A stretch of DNA of 64,000 nt from Podarcis vaucheri (Eukaryota): assembly GCA_965113315.1 (NCBI GenBank), contig OZ220373.1, one strand, 5' to 3'. Below the pieces are notes generated by a model. It was not told where the DNA came from, made no database searches, and saw nothing but the letters and a program-made list of their open reading frames with translations. Positions 60,171 to 64,000 of this stretch are shown here, piece by piece. A program made the position numbers and the translations under genes. How positions within the stretch are numbered: the stretch's first letter is position 1; each line of letters starts with the position of its first letter.

Positions 60171-63100
60171 TTCTAGGTGTTAGGCTTTATGCCACTGAAG
60201 AGTGAACCTTCCAGCATTTTGTATGATATCTGAACCCTTCCTTACATTGTTTGGTGTATCACTGTGATAGGAATGTTTAAGATAAGTTCTAAGTTCTGAT
60301 CACACCTTTTATACATATTACGTAATTCAAATGCTGCCAAGTCCTCTCGGCCAGACTTCAGTGTTTTGTCCAGCACCTGGCACACAGATGACACTATAAT
60401 AGCATAATAGCATAAGGAAGAGATAGACGAAGGAATCTATAGCTGAACAGGAGGGGAGCAGGAGGTGTCCATGAAGCACACAACTTTGTTTCAGAGGGAA
60501 TCCAGTTTCAGCCATTCATCTACAATTGCTATCATTCCCATCAGATACTGCACTTTATTTTTGCTAAAGGGGAGCTTTATTCAAGCACTGCACAATGATG
60601 GTGCTGGGCAGATTTAAACTTAAGGTTCTCATGTTCTCAGGTTCTCATCCAACAATCTGGCCGTGGCATGACTCCTCTTTTGTGATGGAGGAATGGATGA
60701 TGTGATGCCATCTCAGATGGTCAAGTGCCTATTGGTTTGGATGCACCACAAAAGAATGGTTTCTTACATATTCAGGGTATATGTATGCAGACATATTGAA
60801 GTTTATAAATGATTTTTTAAATAAATAAATAAATGCCCGAAAAGGACCTGTGAACTTCCAGAGTTGAGGGAATAAAGACCAGAAAATGTAGAATAACTTC
60901 TTTTTATTGCCTGGAGAAGGAACCTCCAGGTTCCCATTGATGACCAAAGACAAAACTCTTGCACATCATAGTGGCAATCATCATAGCACACAATACAAGC
61001 TAAGGCTGTAAATTAAGAGCAACGTGTTATTGTTTTATTGCTTCACTGTGTTATTGGAAAGACTTGATATTCTACTATTTCAACAGGCAGACACATCTCT
61101 GTCATGGGTATAAGAGAGGCACACCATAAATGGCTGAGGAGCAATTTTACCATAGTTCAGTATTTTGGATTTTTTAGATTACATTTTGAATGGGAACTGG
61201 TTTTGAAACAATGTAGAAACTGTTCAGGATTGAAATCCACAGCATCAAATAGTATCCAGGACAATGTGGGCCTGTTGATAACTGCCACACGTTCAGTCAT
61301 ACAGCACTAGCATTTTCTTTTCAGCACCAACCCTGCTCTTTCTTCCACAGTGACAAACAAAACAAACACCTTTAACGTGATAATGGTGCAGACAACAGGA
61401 AAAATTTAGTTACCCCAGACAGATGACATGCTGCAAAGCACTATGAAGGTTGATACGCTATAACTCCTCTGTGGTTTCAAGATTCGATGTATACCTATTA
61501 TTGGGACCAAGCTCTAGAGGAAGTTCACAATACTGGCAATGGCTGCTTAAGATGTATCCAAAAGATGCATGAAAGCACATGTGTGCACAGCACCAAACCC
61601 AGAAATGACTGAAAATGTCAGAAAACACGTCACTGAAAGGGCGGAACAGGAGCAGAGCAGAATGGGGTGTGCTGTGCTTATACGTTCTCCACTAACACGC
61701 ATGGGGTCCAAGAATGGAACCCCTGTGCAAATTGCTCGTTGACTGTATATCACTTCGTCACTATGCAGCCACATTCCTGACACATGCATGTATGAATGCC
61801 CACCACTCAATAATGCATCACACAGTGACTTACCACTGATTGTGGTGAGCTGCCTCACTTGAAAATCATTGGGCTTGACATGGTGTGAGATGGTGTTTGA
61901 TTTATGATGGCTGTTTCACATATGGAAAAAACTACTTGCTGTTGCAGCCATCAAAAAGTTCAAATGCATGGAGAAACTTCTGCTAACCTGCGTTGATTTC
62001 AACGGGAGAGTTAATCTCTCCTTTTGAAAGCAACAGAGCTTGAAAGTGCTTAAAGGTTTGATGAAATGTGCACATCGTTTTCTCCTCAGCTTTCAGGTTT
62101 AGGTGGTCCCTTTGGATCTGGACTACGGGCTTTAAGGTAGATCATGTAACTTTTTGTAGGATATGTCTTGAATTACAGTAACACCAAGAATTCCTTTCAA
62201 GATACCTGGCTGTTCAAAGTCACAGAAGAAGAAGGGAACACATAATGTTGTCTAACCTCACAGCCCCCTAAATTGGATCAAGGACCATGATGCACCATTC
62301 TTGTAAATAAACATGCACATATTAGTGAAAATAGCATTAAAAATTGTATTACATTACAGGAAAGCTTTTTTTGCAAAAATGTTTTCATACAGGGAAATTG
62401 TATTAAAAATGTGTATATTAGGAGATATTTATAGTGAAATGCTTATGAATTTTCATGAGGACTTCATTCTTCAAAGCAACAACAACAATGAATTTAAGAC
62501 TGGAGAAATTAGAAATGAGAGAAACATTGCTTTTACAATTGCTTGCGGGGGGAACGGCTGCATGGTCATGGGGTATGGCTCAATTCTTTTCAGAGTCACC
62601 AGCCTGCACTAGGAGAGAGGGCACTCCCTCTTTCACTCTCACAGGCCCATCTGCCCCTTTACACCCTGGTTGTCTCCAAGGAGACAAACAAGGCATGAAT
62701 GGAGGCAGAGGCTGGGCTTTTCCATGGAGAGAAAACTTCTCTTTCATCACTTGCAGCACCACCTGACCCTTGAAGCCAGCTTGCCCCCAAGGAAAGAAGT
62801 CATGCACATAGAGAAACAGAGACCTATGAGCCTACCATAACTTGACTTCATATAGAGTTCAGTAATGAATATGACTATAAACAAAGATCTATGGTCCCCA
62901 CAATTTCTTCGTCATTTCAGATTTCTAGCATGTGCTAGAAGGGCAGTAGAGTGCTCAGTAGGACAAAACTTGCTTCCAGGTGACCTACTGAGCATTCATC
63001 CCAATTTCTCTTCACAAAGTTTGCAGGGAGGTTGTACAATGTTGGCTGTTTGTTGCACACTCATCCCGATTTGTTTGTGGGGGGTCTGTATAACTTTGTA

Positions 63101-64000
63101 TCAAAATATTGTTTTCTCATACTTTCCAGTCATTTTCCCTACTGAAAATGTCCAATTTTGGGGGGAAGTGGATTTGCTGTGCAAGAAGGCTAATCCACTT
63201 TCATTTTGCAAAGTGAATTTGCAGATCTGCAACTGAATTCTTATCCACAGGAGAGAAACAGTCTGGTAGTGGCTCTGAGATGGGATTTAGGAACTGGATC
63301 TCATAGATATCTTGATAGTAGATGTAGGACTAGAGAAGCTATTGCTTGTTCAAAGTGTCTATTTTTTGTGCACAAAAATAGGGTGATCAAAATTCAACCT
63401 ACAGGCTATCAGCTGCTGTTTAGACAGAGAAAGAAATACATTCCAAAATCCTTACCTATGGTTACCCAGGAACTGTATGTTCACATAGCCCAAACTGGTC
63501 TGAAATTATTCAAAGCAAAGCTGGGGGCATTGAAAAAAATGCAGGAAATTATATGCACCAAGATGGTTGTCTCTTGGACAAGGGGTGACAAAACTCAACA
63601 GTGTCTGTCATCTTGGGATGTTGCTAAACACACAACACAAAATCACTTGGGAGAGGGTGAAACAAGGGGAAGGGGAATTATATGAAGCCAACCCAAGTGT
63701 AGTGAGCAAAATTCTATAATTTCTTGCATTTCTTTGGGGGGAAGCTGCTGTAAAGTGTTGAAATGTCTCAAAGGCAAGGCTCTCAGCTTGACAGGGCAAA
63801 GGTCAGCACTACTTTGGCTCAATAGCCCGAAATCAGAGAATGACACCACTGAAAGAAATATATGCAGTGGCTTCATATGTCCTGTGCATCGTCTACATAT
63901 TTAGGTTATTAGGGCCCAGTTTTTAAATAGACATGACCTTATCCTGGGGACTGATACTCAGTGGTTTGTGCCAACATTATTTTTCAGTCAGAGCAAAGAT

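Overview
Vertebrate genomic DNA, inferred to be from a squamate (probably lacertid-type lizard) because it carries Sauria SINEs, BovB, CR1, L2, Rex1 and hAT/Tc1-mariner MITEs. The main feature is a very young, apparently intact Ty3/Gypsy chromovirus-type (Tf1/sushi group) LTR retrotransposon on the minus strand (648-7292). It has near-identical ~0.8 kb LTRs, gag, a PEG10-type GGGAAAC -1 frameshift site with a predicted pseudoknot, and pol (PR-RT-RH-IN-chromodomain). Its primer site is an 11-nt self-priming site rather than a tRNA PBS. The most unusual part is the end of pol. The chromodomain has lost its aromatic cage, and the ORF continues ~375 aa further, through the PPT and all of U3 in the 3' LTR. 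This tail carries F-x8-FxGF-type motifs resembling the LEDGF-IBD/TFIIS-N-terminal-domain binding motif, which suggests a possible alternative integration-tethering system (hypothesis). The rest (~7.3-55 kb) is AT-rich, repeat-studded, intron-like DNA with several enhancer-like blocks. A CpG-rich promoter region lies at ~55.4-58.3 kb, with minus-strand splice donors of an unidentified host gene and a 136-N gap. No host protein-coding exon could be identified.
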